A stretch of DNA of 64,000 bases, from positions 2,272,001 through 2,336,000 of the forward strand of contig OZ251997.1 in assembly GCA_965247095.1 (NCBI GenBank), given 5' to 3'. A model generated the notes under the pieces. The model searched no databases and was not told the DNA's origin. It saw only the letters and a list, made by a program, of their open reading frames with translations. Positions within the stretch are counted from its first letter, which is position 1, and every line of letters starts with the position of its first letter. Below are positions 19,110 to 29,728 of this stretch, piece after piece. Source of the stretch: Candidatus Multivorans sp. GTDB taxonomy: Bacteria; Acidobacteriota; Thermoanaerobaculia; Multivoradales; Multivoraceae. The position numbers and the translations under genes were made by a program.

Positions 19110-21130
19110 TCCCCGTCCCCACGATCGGCCGACGCTTCGGCTCCGCTGTCCTCGCCGCGTTCGGTATCGGAGCCGCGACCTTCGCCCAAACAGGGCCGAC
19201 GCCAAGAGCGGCCTCGTCCAGCCAAGCGGAAACCCAACCGACCGGCGAATGGCACAACTACGCCGCGGACAGCCGGAGCAGCAAGTACTCGCCGCTCGAC
19301 CAGATCGACAAGACGAACGTCCACCAACTCGAGATCGCCTGGCGCTGGAAGTCGATCGACTACGGCCTCGCCGCGCAGCATGAAGGCATTTTCCCGCCCT
19401 TCCTGTTCCAGAACACGCCGATGATGCGCGACGGCCGGGTGCTGGTGGCCACCGGCATCGGAGCGGCCGCGCTCGATCCGGCCAGCGGCGAGATCCTGTG
19501 GACCTATGACCCCTTCGAGGACGAGGCGCCCAGGAACATGGGGCGGCTCTCGGTGCGAGGCGGCGTGACCTGGAACGACGGGTCCACGCGGCGGCTGTTC
19601 TTTGTCGGCAACGGCCGGCTGACCGCGCTCGACGCGGACACCGGCGCCCGCGACCCGGAGTTCGGCGACGGCGGCCGGATCGACATGCTGGACGCGGGGC
19701 AAGGCGTCCGTCGCCGACAGTACTTCTGGACTTCCGCGCCCGTGGTCTGCGGCGACGTGATCGTGCTCGGCGAGTCGACGTCCGACGCCTGGTCGAGGCG
19801 CAACAACCCGCCGGGAATGATCCGCGGCTACGACGCGCGGTCCGGCGCACTGCGCTGGCGCTTCAACATCATCCCGGCGCCCGGCGAGTTCGGACACGAC
19901 ACCTGGGACAGCCCCGAAGCGGCCCAGGCCGGCGCCGCGAACGTCTGGACGTGGATGAGCTGCGACCAGGAACTCGGGATGGTCTACGCCGCCACCAGCA
20001 CCCCGAGCAACGACTGGTACGGCGGCCACCGCCCGGGCGAGGGCCTGTTCGCCGAGTCGATCCTCGCCCTCGACGCCGAGAGCGGCGAGCGGCGGTGGCA
20101 CTTCCAGGCCGTCCACCACGGCCTCTGGGACTTCGACTTCCCGGCCGCGCCCGTGCTCGCCGACATCGTCGTCGACGGCAAGGCGATCCGTGCTCTGGCG
20201 CAGCCTTCCAAGCAGGCGTTCCTCTATGTCTTCGACCGGGAGACCGGCGACCCGGCCTGGCCGATCGTCGAGTTGCCCGTGCCACCGTCCGAAGTGCCCG
20301 GCGAGCAGGCCTGGCCGACCCAGCCGCATCCGACCTGGCCGCTGCCCTACGACCTACAGGGACTCGCCATCGACGACCTGATCGACTTCACGCCCGAGCT
20401 GCGGGCGATGGCTCTCGAGTACGTGTCCCAGTACCGCATCGGCCCGATCTTCCAACCGCCGACGCTGATCGAGGGCGAGAACGCCAAACCAACGATCCAG
20501 GTTCCCGGGGCTGTCGGCGGCACCAACTGGAACGGCGCCGCCCTCGATCCGGAGACGAACGTGCTCTACCTGCCGTCCGTCACCGTGCCGGCGGTCCTGG
20601 GCCTTCGCCCGCCGCCCGACCCCGCGCGCTCCAACCTGCGCTACCGAGTCGACCTGAGCGAGGCCGACGGCTACGAATGGGCCACTCTGCCGAACGGCCT
20701 GCCGATCACGAAGCCGCCCTACGGTCGCCTCACCGCGATCGACCTCGACACCGGCGAGCACCTGTGGATGGTCCCGAACGGCGACGGTCCGCGCGATCAC
20801 CCCGCGCTCGCCCACCTCGACCTGCCACCGCTCGGCCAGCAGGGCCGGGTGTCCGCCCTGGTGACCAAGACCCTGGTCTTCCTGGCCGACGGCTCGGACG
20901 CGATGGTGGTCCAGCCGGCGGGCGCCGGCAGCCGGAAGTTCCGTGCCTACAACAAGACGAACGGCGAGGTCGTCAGGGAGCTGGACCTGCCGGCCGGCGT
21001 CAGCGGCGCGCCGATGACCTACCTCCACGAAGGCCGGCAGTACATCGTGATGGCGATCAGCGGAGTCGGTTTCGAGGGTGAGTTGCTGGCCCTGGCGCTG
21101 CCCGAATCACCGGCTGCCGCGGCGCCCTAG
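19106..21130 (+). CDS. PQQ-dependent dehydrogenase (glucose/quinate type, beta-propeller)
   Basis: YSPLDQIDKTNV, WHFQAVHHGLWDFD, GGTNWNGAA, PMTYLHEGRQYI. Confidence 0.9.
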   Translation: MIPVPTIGRRFGSAVLAAFGIGAATFAQTGPTPRAASSSQAETQPTGEWHNYAADSRSSKYSPLDQIDKTNVHQLEIAWRWKSIDYGLAAQHEGIFPPFLFQNTPMMRDGRVLVATGIGAAALDPASGEILWTYDPFEDEAPRNMGRLSVRGGVTWNDGSTRRLFFVGNGRLTALDADTGARDPEFGDGGRIDMLDAGQGVRRRQYFWTSAPVVCGDVIVLGESTSDAWSRRNNPPGMIRGYDARSGALRWRFNIIPAPGEFGHDTWDSPEAAQAGAANVWTWMSCDQELGMVYAATSTPSNDWYGGHRPGEGLFAESILALDAESGERRWHFQAVHHGLWDFDFPAAPVLADIVVDGKAIRALAQPSKQAFLYVFDRETGDPAWPIVELPVPPSEVPGEQAWPTQPHPTWPLPYDLQGLAIDDLIDFTPELRAMALEYVSQYRIGPIFQPPTLIEGENAKPTIQVPGAVGGTNWNGAALDPETNVLYLPSVTVPAVLGLRPPPDPARSNLRYRVDLSEADGYEWATLPNGLPITKPPYGRLTAIDLDTGEHLWMVPNGDGPRDHPALAHLDLPPLGQQGRVSALVTKTLVFLADGSDAMVVQPAGAGSRKFRAYNKTNGEVVRELDLPAGVSGAPMTYLHEGRQYIVMAISGVGFEGELLALALPESPAAAAP

Positions 21131-21145
21131 ACCCCCCAACGTCGA

Positions 21146-22588
21146 ATGAACTTGCGCGCCGTTTCCGGTCTGGTCGGGCGGCTCCTGTTGCTGCTCGCCG
21201 GCGCGCAGTTGATTCCATTCTTCTTCGCGCTCTGGCACGGCGCCGAGCGGCCCGCGGCAGCGCTCGGCGGCTCGCTGCTGGTCTGCGCCGCGGCCGGAGT
21301 GGCGGCTCACTGGTGGGGCAAACCGCACGAGAAGATCTACCGGCGCGAGGCGATCCTGGTCGTGGTCGGCGCCTACATCCTGGCGTCCTTCTTCGGCGCG
21401 CTTCCCTACCTGCTGAGCGGCGAGATCACGGATCCGATCGCGGCCCTGTTCGAGTCCGCCTCGGGCTTCACGACCACGGGCGCCTCGATCCTGACCGACA
21501 TCGAGCAACTGAGCGCCAGCATCCTGCTCTGGCGGAGCCTGACCCAGTGGCTGGGCGGCATGGGGATTCTGCTCCTGTTCGTCGCCCTGTTCCCAAGCCT
21601 GGGACCCGGCGCCCGCCTGCTCTACCGGCTGGAGGTCCCGGGACCGACCCAGGACATCATGCAGCCCCAGGTGCAAAAGACGGCGACCGTGCTCTGGCAG
21701 ATCTACGTCGGCCTGACAATCGCGCTCATTCTGCTCCTGCTGGCGGGCGGCGCCAGCCAGTATGAGGCCTTCTGCTACGCGCTGACGACCGTGTCCATCG
21801 GCGGTTTCGCGCCCCTGAACGCGAGTGTCGCCGCCTTCGACTCCGCCTTCATCGAGTGGACCGTCATCGTCTTCATGCTGATCGCCGGCATCAACTTCTC
21901 ACTGATCTTCGCGGTGCGTTCACGGCCCAGCCAGCTCTACCGGGACACCGAGTTCCGCGCCTACGCGTCGATCGCCGCGGTGCTGGTGGCGCTGGTCACG
22001 TTCGACCGCTGGCGCAGCACCGATCTGCCGTTCCTCGAGGCTTTGCGCGAGGCCGCCTTCAACTCGGTGTCGCTGATGACAACGACCGGCCACACGACCC
22101 GGGACTACGACTCCTGGAGCGATACCTCCCGCACCCTGCTGCTGCTGGCAATGTTCGTCGGCGGCTGCGCCGGCTCGACCGCGGGAGGGGTCAAGGTGGG
22201 CCGCTTGGTGATGACGCTGAAGATGGCGTTGCGCGAGGTGCAGCTCATGTTCAACCCGCGCCGCGTGCTGGCGCTGCGGGTCGGCAACCGGACGATCAGC
22301 GATCAGGTGGCGCGCAGCCTGGGCGGCTTCATGACCCTGTTCGCCTTCCTGTGGCTGGGCGTCGCCGCCACCCTCGCCGTCGCCGGCAACGACATGGTCA
22401 CTTCGCTGTCGTCGTCGCTGGCCTGCCTGTCGAATGTCGGCCCAGCGATGGGAGCGGCGGGGCCCAGTCTGAACTACAGCTTCTTCGCCGGCTGGGAGAA
22501 GCTGCTCCTGATCTTCCTGATGTGGCTGGGCCGGCTCGAGATCGTGGCCGTGGCGGCGATCTTCCTGCCCGTGTTCTGGCGGCGCTGA
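21146..22588 (+). CDS. trkH: Trk potassium uptake permease
   Basis: FESASGFTTTG, QWLGGMGI, MFVGGCAGSTAGGVK, LSNVGP, LMWLGRLE. Confidence 0.93.
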   Translation: MNLRAVSGLVGRLLLLLAGAQLIPFFFALWHGAERPAAALGGSLLVCAAAGVAAHWWGKPHEKIYRREAILVVVGAYILASFFGALPYLLSGEITDPIAALFESASGFTTTGASILTDIEQLSASILLWRSLTQWLGGMGILLLFVALFPSLGPGARLLYRLEVPGPTQDIMQPQVQKTATVLWQIYVGLTIALILLLLAGGASQYEAFCYALTTVSIGGFAPLNASVAAFDSAFIEWTVIVFMLIAGINFSLIFAVRSRPSQLYRDTEFRAYASIAAVLVALVTFDRWRSTDLPFLEALREAAFNSVSLMTTTGHTTRDYDSWSDTSRTLLLLAMFVGGCAGSTAGGVKVGRLVMTLKMALREVQLMFNPRRVLALRVGNRTISDQVARSLGGFMTLFAFLWLGVAATLAVAGNDMVTSLSSSLACLSNVGPAMGAAGPSLNYSFFAGWEKLLLIFLMWLGRLEIVAVAAIFLPVFWRR

Positions 22589-22599
22589 GCCCGGCAGTT

Positions 22600-23190
22600 C
22601 TACTCGACGCGGCAGACGTCGGTGAACTCCGGCCGCGGCAGCCGGGGGAAGAGACCCTCGGGATCGCCGTAGCCGATCGAACACAGGAAGTTGGAGCGCA
22701 CCGAAGTGCCCGCGAAGAACAGCTCGTCGCACTTCGCGTTGTCGAACCCCGACATCGGCCCGCAGTCGAGACCCAGCGAGCGCGCGGCGATCATGAAGTA
22801 GGCCCCCTGCAGGGTGGCGTTCCTGAACGCCGTCACTTCGGTCAGCGCCGCGTTGTTGCGGAACATGTCGGCCATGCCCGCGTCATGGGCGAAGAGCACG
22901 TCCATCTTCTCGAAGAAGGCGAGGTCGTAGGCCAGGATGGCGGTCACCGGCGCCTGCCGGATCTTGGCCTGGTTGCCGGGCATGGCAACGGACGCGACCC
23001 GCTCCTTCGCCTCCGCGCTGACCGCGAACACGACGCGCTGGGGCCAACTGTTGGCACTCGTCGGCCCCCACTTCATCAGGTCGTGGAGCTCCTGCAGCGT
23101 GTCCCTGGAGACCTCGCGCGGCAGCCATCTGTTCTGGCTGCGGGCGTCCCGAAACAGGACATCCATGCAAACGTCGGTGATCTTCGGCAT
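22600..23190 (-). CDS. rutE: Malonic semialdehyde reductase (RutE-like nitroreductase)
   Basis: LFRDARS, WGPTSAN, RNATLQGAY, GLDCGPMSGFD, LFPRLPR. Confidence 0.85.
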   Translation of the reverse strand: MPKITDVCMDVLFRDARSQNRWLPREVSRDTLQELHDLMKWGPTSANSWPQRVVFAVSAEAKERVASVAMPGNQAKIRQAPVTAILAYDLAFFEKMDVLFAHDAGMADMFRNNAALTEVTAFRNATLQGAYFMIAARSLGLDCGPMSGFDNAKCDELFFAGTSVRSNFLCSIGYGDPEGLFPRLPRPEFTDVCRVE

Positions 23191-23192
23191 GG

Positions 23193-23908
23193 CTACTCGG
23201 TCGCCACTACGCGCCGGAACAGCGACGCCAGGTGCGCCTGAGGCAGCGGCTTCGTCGCCAGCGACACGACCGCCGTCCACCCGATCGCGAACAGGCCGCC
23301 GAGCACCGCGCGCGCCAGTGTGCCGCCCAACCCGAGCATGCCCAGGGTGATGCCGAAGACGGAAGCGAAGCGAAGGAAGGTGAACCGCGACTTGTTGCCC
23401 TTGAGCGCCCAGATCTTGTTGCCGATGTGCGGCAGCAGCCCGAGCGGAATGTGCGCCAGGAGAACCGCGGCCTGCGACCACCAGGAGTGGTAGAGCGGCG
23501 TCGAGCGGTTGATCCAGCCGACCTGGTTCGGGTCCTGCTCCCGGATGTTCGAGATGATTCCACCCAGGCCGCCGTCCAGCCCGGCGCCGAACACGAACAG
23601 GACGATGACCAGCACCCCGATCAGCAGCATCAGGAAGCCCTGCACGCCGTCGGTGAGGATGTCCGCGTGGGCGCCGCCGAGAGCAGCGCCGCCGTCCCGT
23701 GCTCGTAGGCAAGACGCGGGAACCCGAGGAATGTCGCGCCGCTCGCGGTCGTTGCAGCGAATGCCAGGGCCAGGAAGAACGGTCCGTAGCCCGCCCGCGC
23801 GGTGGCGAAGTCCGCGTCGTGAACCCGGCGCCGGCCGATCAGCCCAAAGGCCAGCATGCCGCCCATGTAGACGACGAGAAACAGCCAGGACCAGACGATC
23901 AAGCTCAT
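23193..23908 (-). pseudogene. Sodium:solute symporter collapsed by internal deletions and frameshifted
   Basis: N-terminal ALAFAATTASGATFLGFP in one frame, GGAHADILTDGVQGFLM...LGLLPHI and terminal VSLATKP in another; about 240 codons versus about 500 usual for SSS. Confidence 0.8.
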
Positions 23909-24053
23909 CGCGGAATCGTAGACCGTACACCAGGAGGACGCGGAGAGCCAGAGCAACCTCTGTAGGAGAACGCGCCGATCCGGCCCCCCCCGTCGTCAGC
24001 GAAACCGGCGCCGGCCGGTCCCCGTACTGACTACGGGAGTCTTCCCGAAAGGA

Positions 24054-24896
24054 GTGATCACCTTGCACCAAGTCGCCACGTTCCGCACCGCCGTCGCGGG
24101 CCTGTTGCTCGCCAGCCTGCCCACTGCCGCTATTGCCGAAACGGTTCACATCCCGGCAGGCACGACCGTCTACTGCGTCCTCGACGAGAGCCTCTCCACG
24201 AAGAAGAAGTCGAGCCACTACGTCCGGCAGGGAGACCGCGTGCGGGCCAAGGTCGACGAGGACGTCCTCGTCGACGGCCACGTCGTGATCGAGGCCGGGA
24301 CGGTCGTCTGGTCGGAGGTCCGCCGGGCCAGACGCGCCAAGGTCGCCGGCATACGGGGTCGGCTCGAGGTCGAGGCCAATACCGTCACCGCCGTGGACAA
24401 CCAGTCGATCCGGCTCCTCGGCGGCTACGACCGTTCCGGCAAGGGCCGCTTCGCGGTCACCGCGGCGCTCACCGCAGCCGTCGCGTGGCCGTTCATCTTC
24501 ATCAAGGGCAAGCACGCACACCTGAGTCGCGGCGTCATCTTCGATGCCCAAACCGCGGCGCCAGTCGACGTGGAAGTCGGAGCACGCCCCGAGCTGCCGA
24601 TTCTTCGCGCCGACACGCCCGGCTTCGAGGTCGGCATCCCCTACGACAAGATCAATCCCGACGTCCGGCTCGCGATCCTGCCTCTGTGGTTCGACGGACT
24701 GGCAGCGGACACCGCAGAAGCCCACGTCATCGCGGTCAACGGCGAGAAGATCCGACGGCTCGAGATCCCCATCGTCGATGGCACGGGCGAGGTCGACTTC
24801 CAGGAGCTTGCCGAGCACTTCCGCCACGGCATGAACCGGTTCACCGTCGAGGTGGACGGCCAGACCGCGGACATCTTGCTGGAATTCGAGTTCTAG
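24054..24896 (+). CDS. Secreted hypothetical protein
   Basis: AAGGAG before GTG; signal peptide; IPAGT...V.EDV.VDGHVVIEAGT beta-rich module. Confidence 0.75.
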   Translation: MITLHQVATFRTAVAGLLLASLPTAAIAETVHIPAGTTVYCVLDESLSTKKKSSHYVRQGDRVRAKVDEDVLVDGHVVIEAGTVVWSEVRRARRAKVAGIRGRLEVEANTVTAVDNQSIRLLGGYDRSGKGRFAVTAALTAAVAWPFIFIKGKHAHLSRGVIFDAQTAAPVDVEVGARPELPILRADTPGFEVGIPYDKINPDVRLAILPLWFDGLAADTAEAHVIAVNGEKIRRLEIPIVDGTGEVDFQELAEHFRHGMNRFTVEVDGQTADILLEFEF

Positions 24897-24990
24897 GCAA
24901 GCGCATCAGAACTCTGAGGCACAGCGCTTCACATCCATTGTCGGCCTCCAGACCGCGCAACGAAGCGGTTTGCTCCGCTACTGTTCCGCC

Positions 24991-27309
24991 ATGCCAACGA
25001 TCACCCACCGACTATCCCTGTCCTGCCTTCTCGCCGGCCTCGTTGCGGTCTTCGCCCTCGCACCGGCGGCGGCGCAGAAGGAGCCGCTGGAGCTCAACCA
25101 CATCTACGGACCGGACGCGCTCGACTTCTCGCCCGACCTGCCGCGGATCCGCTGGTTGCCGGGGGGCCGCGACTACCTGCAGGCCGAAGACGACACGGAC
25201 GGCGCCGGCCGGTCCTGGACGTTCGTCGACGCGGCAACCGGAGATTCAGAGCCGTTCTACGACCCTGAGCCTCTGGCTGAGGCCCTGGAAGAACAACTCC
25301 GGCTGGACCGTGATGACGCCGCCTCCCGGGCCCGGCCGGGGTCGTTGCGCCTGTCGCCGTCGACCGATCGGCTTCTGCTCGAACTCGCCTCGGACCTGTT
25401 CGTGTGGGACTTCGACTCCGAGACGCTGACGCGGCTCACCCACGGTCCCGAGGACGAGGAACTGGCCCGGTTCTCCCCGGACGGCCGAAGCCTGGCCTTT
25501 GTACGCGACGCAGACCTGTACGTCATAGGCGTCGAAGGCGACGAAGTCCGCCTGACCACGGACGGCGGCGACGACACGCTGAACGGCAAGCTCGACTGGG
25601 TCTACCAGGAGGAGATCTACGGCCGCGGCAACTACCAGGCGCACTGGTGGAGTCCGGACAGCCGTCGCATCGCGTTCCTGCAGACCGACGAGCGGGACGT
25701 GCCCCGGTTCACGGTCGTCGACCATGTGCCCTACCGGCCGCCGCTCGAGGTCTATCCGTACCCGAAGGCCGGCGACGCGAATCCCCGCGTCCGACTCGGC
25801 GTGGCGTCGGCCGCGGGCGGCGACATCACCTGGATCGATCCGGGAATCTACGGGCACACCGAGATCCTGTTCGTGAACGTCGCGTTCTCGCCTGACGGCG
25901 ACGTCTGGTACCAGGTGCAGGATCGCCGGCAGACCTTCCTCGACCTGCACCGGGCCGATCCGGCCAGCGGCGAGTCACACCGGGTCCTGCGCGAGGAGTC
26001 CCACGCCTGGGTCAACCAACTCGGTCCGCCCCACTTTCTGGAAGGGGAGAACAGCCTGGAAGGGGAGAACAGCCTGGAAGGGGAGAACAGCCTGGAAGGG
26101 GAGAACGGCTTGGAAGGGGAGAACGGCCTCGACGACGGCGGCTTTCTCTGGTTCAGCGAGCGGACCGGCTTCCAGCACCTCTACCACTACGACGAGGACG
26201 GCAACCTGGTCAGTCCACTAACGGAAGGGCGCTGGGAAGTCCGCTCGCTCCACGCCGTCGACGAGGAAGCGGGCGCGGCCTACGTCTCCGGCACCTACCG
26301 CACCGCACTCGGCGCCGACGTGCTCCGCGTGGCTCTCGACGGCGCCGGCGCGACCCTGCTGACCGAGACGCCCGGCAGCCACCGCGGGAGCTTCCCCGAG
26401 GACGGCCCCATCGAGCATTGGATCGCCAGCTCAAGCGATCTCCACACACCGACCAAGATGACCCTTCGCCACGCCGACAACGGTGAAGCCGTGCGCGACC
26501 TCGGCGGCGGCGAGGTCCCGGATCTCGAACGGTTCGAGATCTCGACGCCGGAACTGCTGACGATCACCACGAGCGACGGCGTCGACCTGGCAGCGATGCT
26601 GATCCGGCCGCACGGCTTCGATCCCGAACGCGTCTACCCCGCCTGGATCCACGTCTACGGCGGACCGCACGCCCAGCAGGTGCGCGACGGCTGGCAGGGG
26701 TCGCGCGGCATGTGGTTCCAGTACCTCGCCCAGCAGGGCATCGTCGTCCTCGTGGTCGACAACCGGATCGCTTCGGGCAAGGGGGTCGAGTCGACCTGGC
26801 CCGTGTACAGGAACTTCGGCGAGCAGGAACTCGTCGACCTGGTGGAAGCGGTCGATTGGCTGGGCGCCAAGCCCTGGGTCGACGCGGCGCGGATCGGCCT
26901 CGACGGCTGGAGCTTCGGCGGCTACATGACGCTCTACGCGCTGACCCGTTCCGACCGCTTCCGGGCCGGCATCGCCGGCGGCAGCGTCGTCGATTGGCGC
27001 GCCTACGATTCGATCTACACCGAGCGCTACATGTCGACGCCGGACGACAACCCGGACGGCTACAAAGCCGCGTCCGTCCGCGAGAAGGCGGCGGACCTCC
27101 ACGGAGACCTGCTGCTCATCCACGGCACGATGGACGACAACGTCCACATGCAGAACACTCTCCAGATCGCCTGGGACCTGCAGAAAGCCGGCAAGCCGTT
27201 CGAGATGATGCTCTACCCGAAGTCACGCCACGGCGTGAGCGACCCCGAACTGTCGCTCCATCTGCGCGAGACGATGGCGCGCTTCATCCTGAAGACGATC
27301 GAGCCCTGA
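24991..27309 (+). CDS. S9B dipeptidyl peptidase IV family protein
   Basis: DWVYQEEI, YPKAG, GWSFGGY nucleophile, DDNVH, YPKSRH. Confidence 0.93.
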   Translation: MPTITHRLSLSCLLAGLVAVFALAPAAAQKEPLELNHIYGPDALDFSPDLPRIRWLPGGRDYLQAEDDTDGAGRSWTFVDAATGDSEPFYDPEPLAEALEEQLRLDRDDAASRARPGSLRLSPSTDRLLLELASDLFVWDFDSETLTRLTHGPEDEELARFSPDGRSLAFVRDADLYVIGVEGDEVRLTTDGGDDTLNGKLDWVYQEEIYGRGNYQAHWWSPDSRRIAFLQTDERDVPRFTVVDHVPYRPPLEVYPYPKAGDANPRVRLGVASAAGGDITWIDPGIYGHTEILFVNVAFSPDGDVWYQVQDRRQTFLDLHRADPASGESHRVLREESHAWVNQLGPPHFLEGENSLEGENSLEGENSLEGENGLEGENGLDDGGFLWFSERTGFQHLYHYDEDGNLVSPLTEGRWEVRSLHAVDEEAGAAYVSGTYRTALGADVLRVALDGAGATLLTETPGSHRGSFPEDGPIEHWIASSSDLHTPTKMTLRHADNGEAVRDLGGGEVPDLERFEISTPELLTITTSDGVDLAAMLIRPHGFDPERVYPAWIHVYGGPHAQQVRDGWQGSRGMWFQYLAQQGIVVLVVDNRIASGKGVESTWPVYRNFGEQELVDLVEAVDWLGAKPWVDAARIGLDGWSFGGYMTLYALTRSDRFRAGIAGGSVVDWRAYDSIYTERYMSTPDDNPDGYKAASVREKAADLHGDLLLIHGTMDDNVHMQNTLQIAWDLQKAGKPFEMMLYPKSRHGVSDPELSLHLRETMARFILKTIEP
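26038..26127 (+). repeat. In-frame 18-bp tandem repeat x5 (LEGENS/LEGENG)
   Basis: CTGGAAGGGGAGAACAGC x3, then two AACGGC variants. Confidence 0.97.
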
Positions 27310-27424
27310 AGACGATGTCCTGCTGCTAACCTCCGCCCGCTCTTCTCGTACAGGATCGGATGCAGCGCCCCGGCCGGGTTCACCCGCCCGGCGGCCGCGG
27401 CCCACCGTACTCAGTAACAGGCCC

Positions 27425-29683
27425 GTGCCGAGACCGAACCCCACTACTGCGGCAACCGCAGTTGCGCTCGCCCTTCTGGCGGCCATGCCGATCGCCGGGC
27501 TGCAGGACCAGGCCCTGAGCAACGAACGCCCAACCATGGCCGCGACCCGCGTCGACCAGGGCCCCACCGTCGATGGCGATCTCAGCGACCGCGTGTGGCA
27601 GCAGTCCGAGGTCGGCACGGACTTCATGCAGCACGAACCCCTCGACGGCGTGCCCGCGACCGAGCAGACCGAAGTCCGCGTCGTGTTCACGGACAGCACG
27701 ATCTACTTCGGCATCACCGCGTTCGACGCGAACCCGGACGCAATCATCGCCAAGGAGATGGAGCGGGACTCCCGCATCTTCCAGGACGACTCGCTCCTGC
27801 TGCTGCTCGACACCTTCCACGACCGCCGCAACGCCTACGCCTTCGAGACCAACCTGAACGGCGCCCGCACGGACACCCTGGTCACCGACGAGGGCCGCGA
27901 CCTGAACCTGGAATGGGACGGCATCTGGTCGGTGGCGTCGCGTCGAACCGCCTTCGGCTGGGCGGCCGAGATCGCGATCCCGATCTCGACGCTTCGCTTC
28001 GACCCGCAGGCCCGAGCCTGGGGCTTCAACGTCCAGCGCTACATCGCGCACAAGCGCGAGATGACGCACTGGTCCGGCCTGCCGCGCGAGGTCAGCACGC
28101 TGGGGCAGGCCGGTTCCCAGGTCCAGCCCGTCCATCGCGTCTCGATGGCCGGCGAACTGACCGGGCTGACCGGGATCTCGCAGGCGGCGCAGCTTCAGAT
28201 CAAGCCCTTCGCGGTCGGCAACCTGAGCGAGGACCCCCGGCTTGACGCCGATCCGATCTCGGACGGCGACGCCGGACTCGATCTCAAGTGGGGCGTGAGT
28301 CGTTCCCTGGCGCTCGATCTCACCTACAACACCGATTTCGCCGAGGTCGAGGTCGACCAACTGCAAACGAACCTGACCCGCTTCTCGCTCTACTTCCCCG
28401 AAAAGCGCGACTTCTTCCTGGAGAACGCCGGCATCTTCGACTTCGGTCCACCCCACCGCGAGTTCTTCCGCCCGCCCGTGCTCAAGGCGTTCTTCTCGCG
28501 CCGGGTCGGCCTCAACGATGGCCGGCAGGTACCGATCGACTGGGGCGCCCGGCTCACCGGCCGTTTGGGCGGCTGGAACCTCGGGGTGCTGCGGGTCGCC
28601 ACCGCCGGCATCGCGCAGGATGACGGCGACCTGCCCGCCAACGCCTTCACGGTCGCCCGGCTCAAGCGCAATCTGGGCCGGCGCTCGACAGTCGGCGCCA
28701 TCGTCACCGAGGCCGCGCCCGAGAACGAGGACGCGAACCGCGTCGTAGGCCTCGACTTCGACTACAAGCCCACGACGAAGCTGAGCCTCGGCGGCTTCTG
28801 GACCAGCAGCGGCTTGAGCGAAGAGCCGGAGGGCGCCGAGGCGAGCGACTCAGCCGACACCGGCGAAGCCGCCTACGGTGTCAACTTCGACTACCAGGGG
28901 CGGGCGCTGACGGCCTCGATCGACGCCCAGGAGATCGATGAGAACTACCGCCCGATGGCCGGCTTCCTGCTGCGCAAGAACGTCCGCCACCTGAATCCTC
29001 AGATCCAGTGGCTGCCGCGGATCGAGCGCGGCTTCATCCGTTCCTGGTTCACGGAGATCCGCTACGACTACTACGAGACGCTCGACGAGGGCGAGTTGGA
29101 GTCCAGCCGGCTGGAGATCTCGCCGATCGGCATGAGGACGACGACCGAGGACCGCTGGCGACTGGCCTACGTTGGCGAGGAGGAGAACCTGGTCGAACCG
29201 TTCGAGATCGCGTCCGGCATCGTCATCCCGCCCCGTCAGTACGAGTTCGACGGCGTCGAGCTCGCCATGTTCAGCAACCAGAGCCGCCTCATCGGCGTCC
29301 GGGGCCTGTTCGGCTGGGGCGACTTCTACGACGGCACCCGGACCTCGGTCCGCTTCACGTTCAACGTCCGCGCCTCAAAGCATGTGCAGACCGAGAGCCA
29401 ATGGATCTACAACGATGTCGAACTGCCCCAGGGCGCGTTCGACATCGGGCTGTTCAGCCAGCAGTTGGATCTCACCTTCACCCCCAACCTGCGGCTCAAC
29501 ACGATCGTCCAGTACAACGACGACTCCGAGGACCTGGGCCTGAACGTCCGCCTGCATTGGATCTACAAGCCTGGCTCCGACCTCTTCATCGTCTACAACG
29601 AGAACTGGATGGAGGGGGATCTGCAGCGGTTCAGCACGCACCGCCAGATCGCGGTCAAGTTCACCTACCTGATCCAGCCGTAG
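27425..29683 (+). CDS. CBM9-like/DUF5916 outer-membrane protein
   Basis: Signal peptide; DTFHDRRNAY, AEIAIP..LRF, NTDFAEVEVD, RFSLYFPEKRDFFLE; C-terminal AVKFTY barrel end. Confidence 0.85.
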   Translation: MPRPNPTTAATAVALALLAAMPIAGLQDQALSNERPTMAATRVDQGPTVDGDLSDRVWQQSEVGTDFMQHEPLDGVPATEQTEVRVVFTDSTIYFGITAFDANPDAIIAKEMERDSRIFQDDSLLLLLDTFHDRRNAYAFETNLNGARTDTLVTDEGRDLNLEWDGIWSVASRRTAFGWAAEIAIPISTLRFDPQARAWGFNVQRYIAHKREMTHWSGLPREVSTLGQAGSQVQPVHRVSMAGELTGLTGISQAAQLQIKPFAVGNLSEDPRLDADPISDGDAGLDLKWGVSRSLALDLTYNTDFAEVEVDQLQTNLTRFSLYFPEKRDFFLENAGIFDFGPPHREFFRPPVLKAFFSRRVGLNDGRQVPIDWGARLTGRLGGWNLGVLRVATAGIAQDDGDLPANAFTVARLKRNLGRRSTVGAIVTEAAPENEDANRVVGLDFDYKPTTKLSLGGFWTSSGLSEEPEGAEASDSADTGEAAYGVNFDYQGRALTASIDAQEIDENYRPMAGFLLRKNVRHLNPQIQWLPRIERGFIRSWFTEIRYDYYETLDEGELESSRLEISPIGMRTTTEDRWRLAYVGEEENLVEPFEIASGIVIPPRQYEFDGVELAMFSNQSRLIGVRGLFGWGDFYDGTRTSVRFTFNVRASKHVQTESQWIYNDVELPQGAFDIGLFSQQLDLTFTPNLRLNTIVQYNDDSEDLGLNVRLHWIYKPGSDLFIVYNENWMEGDLQRFSTHRQIAVKFTYLIQP

Positions 29684-29728
29684 CGCCGGACGTGCCCCGG
29701 GGTCGGCCGCTCGACCGGTCCGGGCCGA

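Noticed and set aside
14029-23190. Malonate pathway linking matB, the SDR and rutE
   Set aside because: matB and rutE are about 6 kb apart, separated by unrelated opposite-strand genes; no evidence of co-regulation
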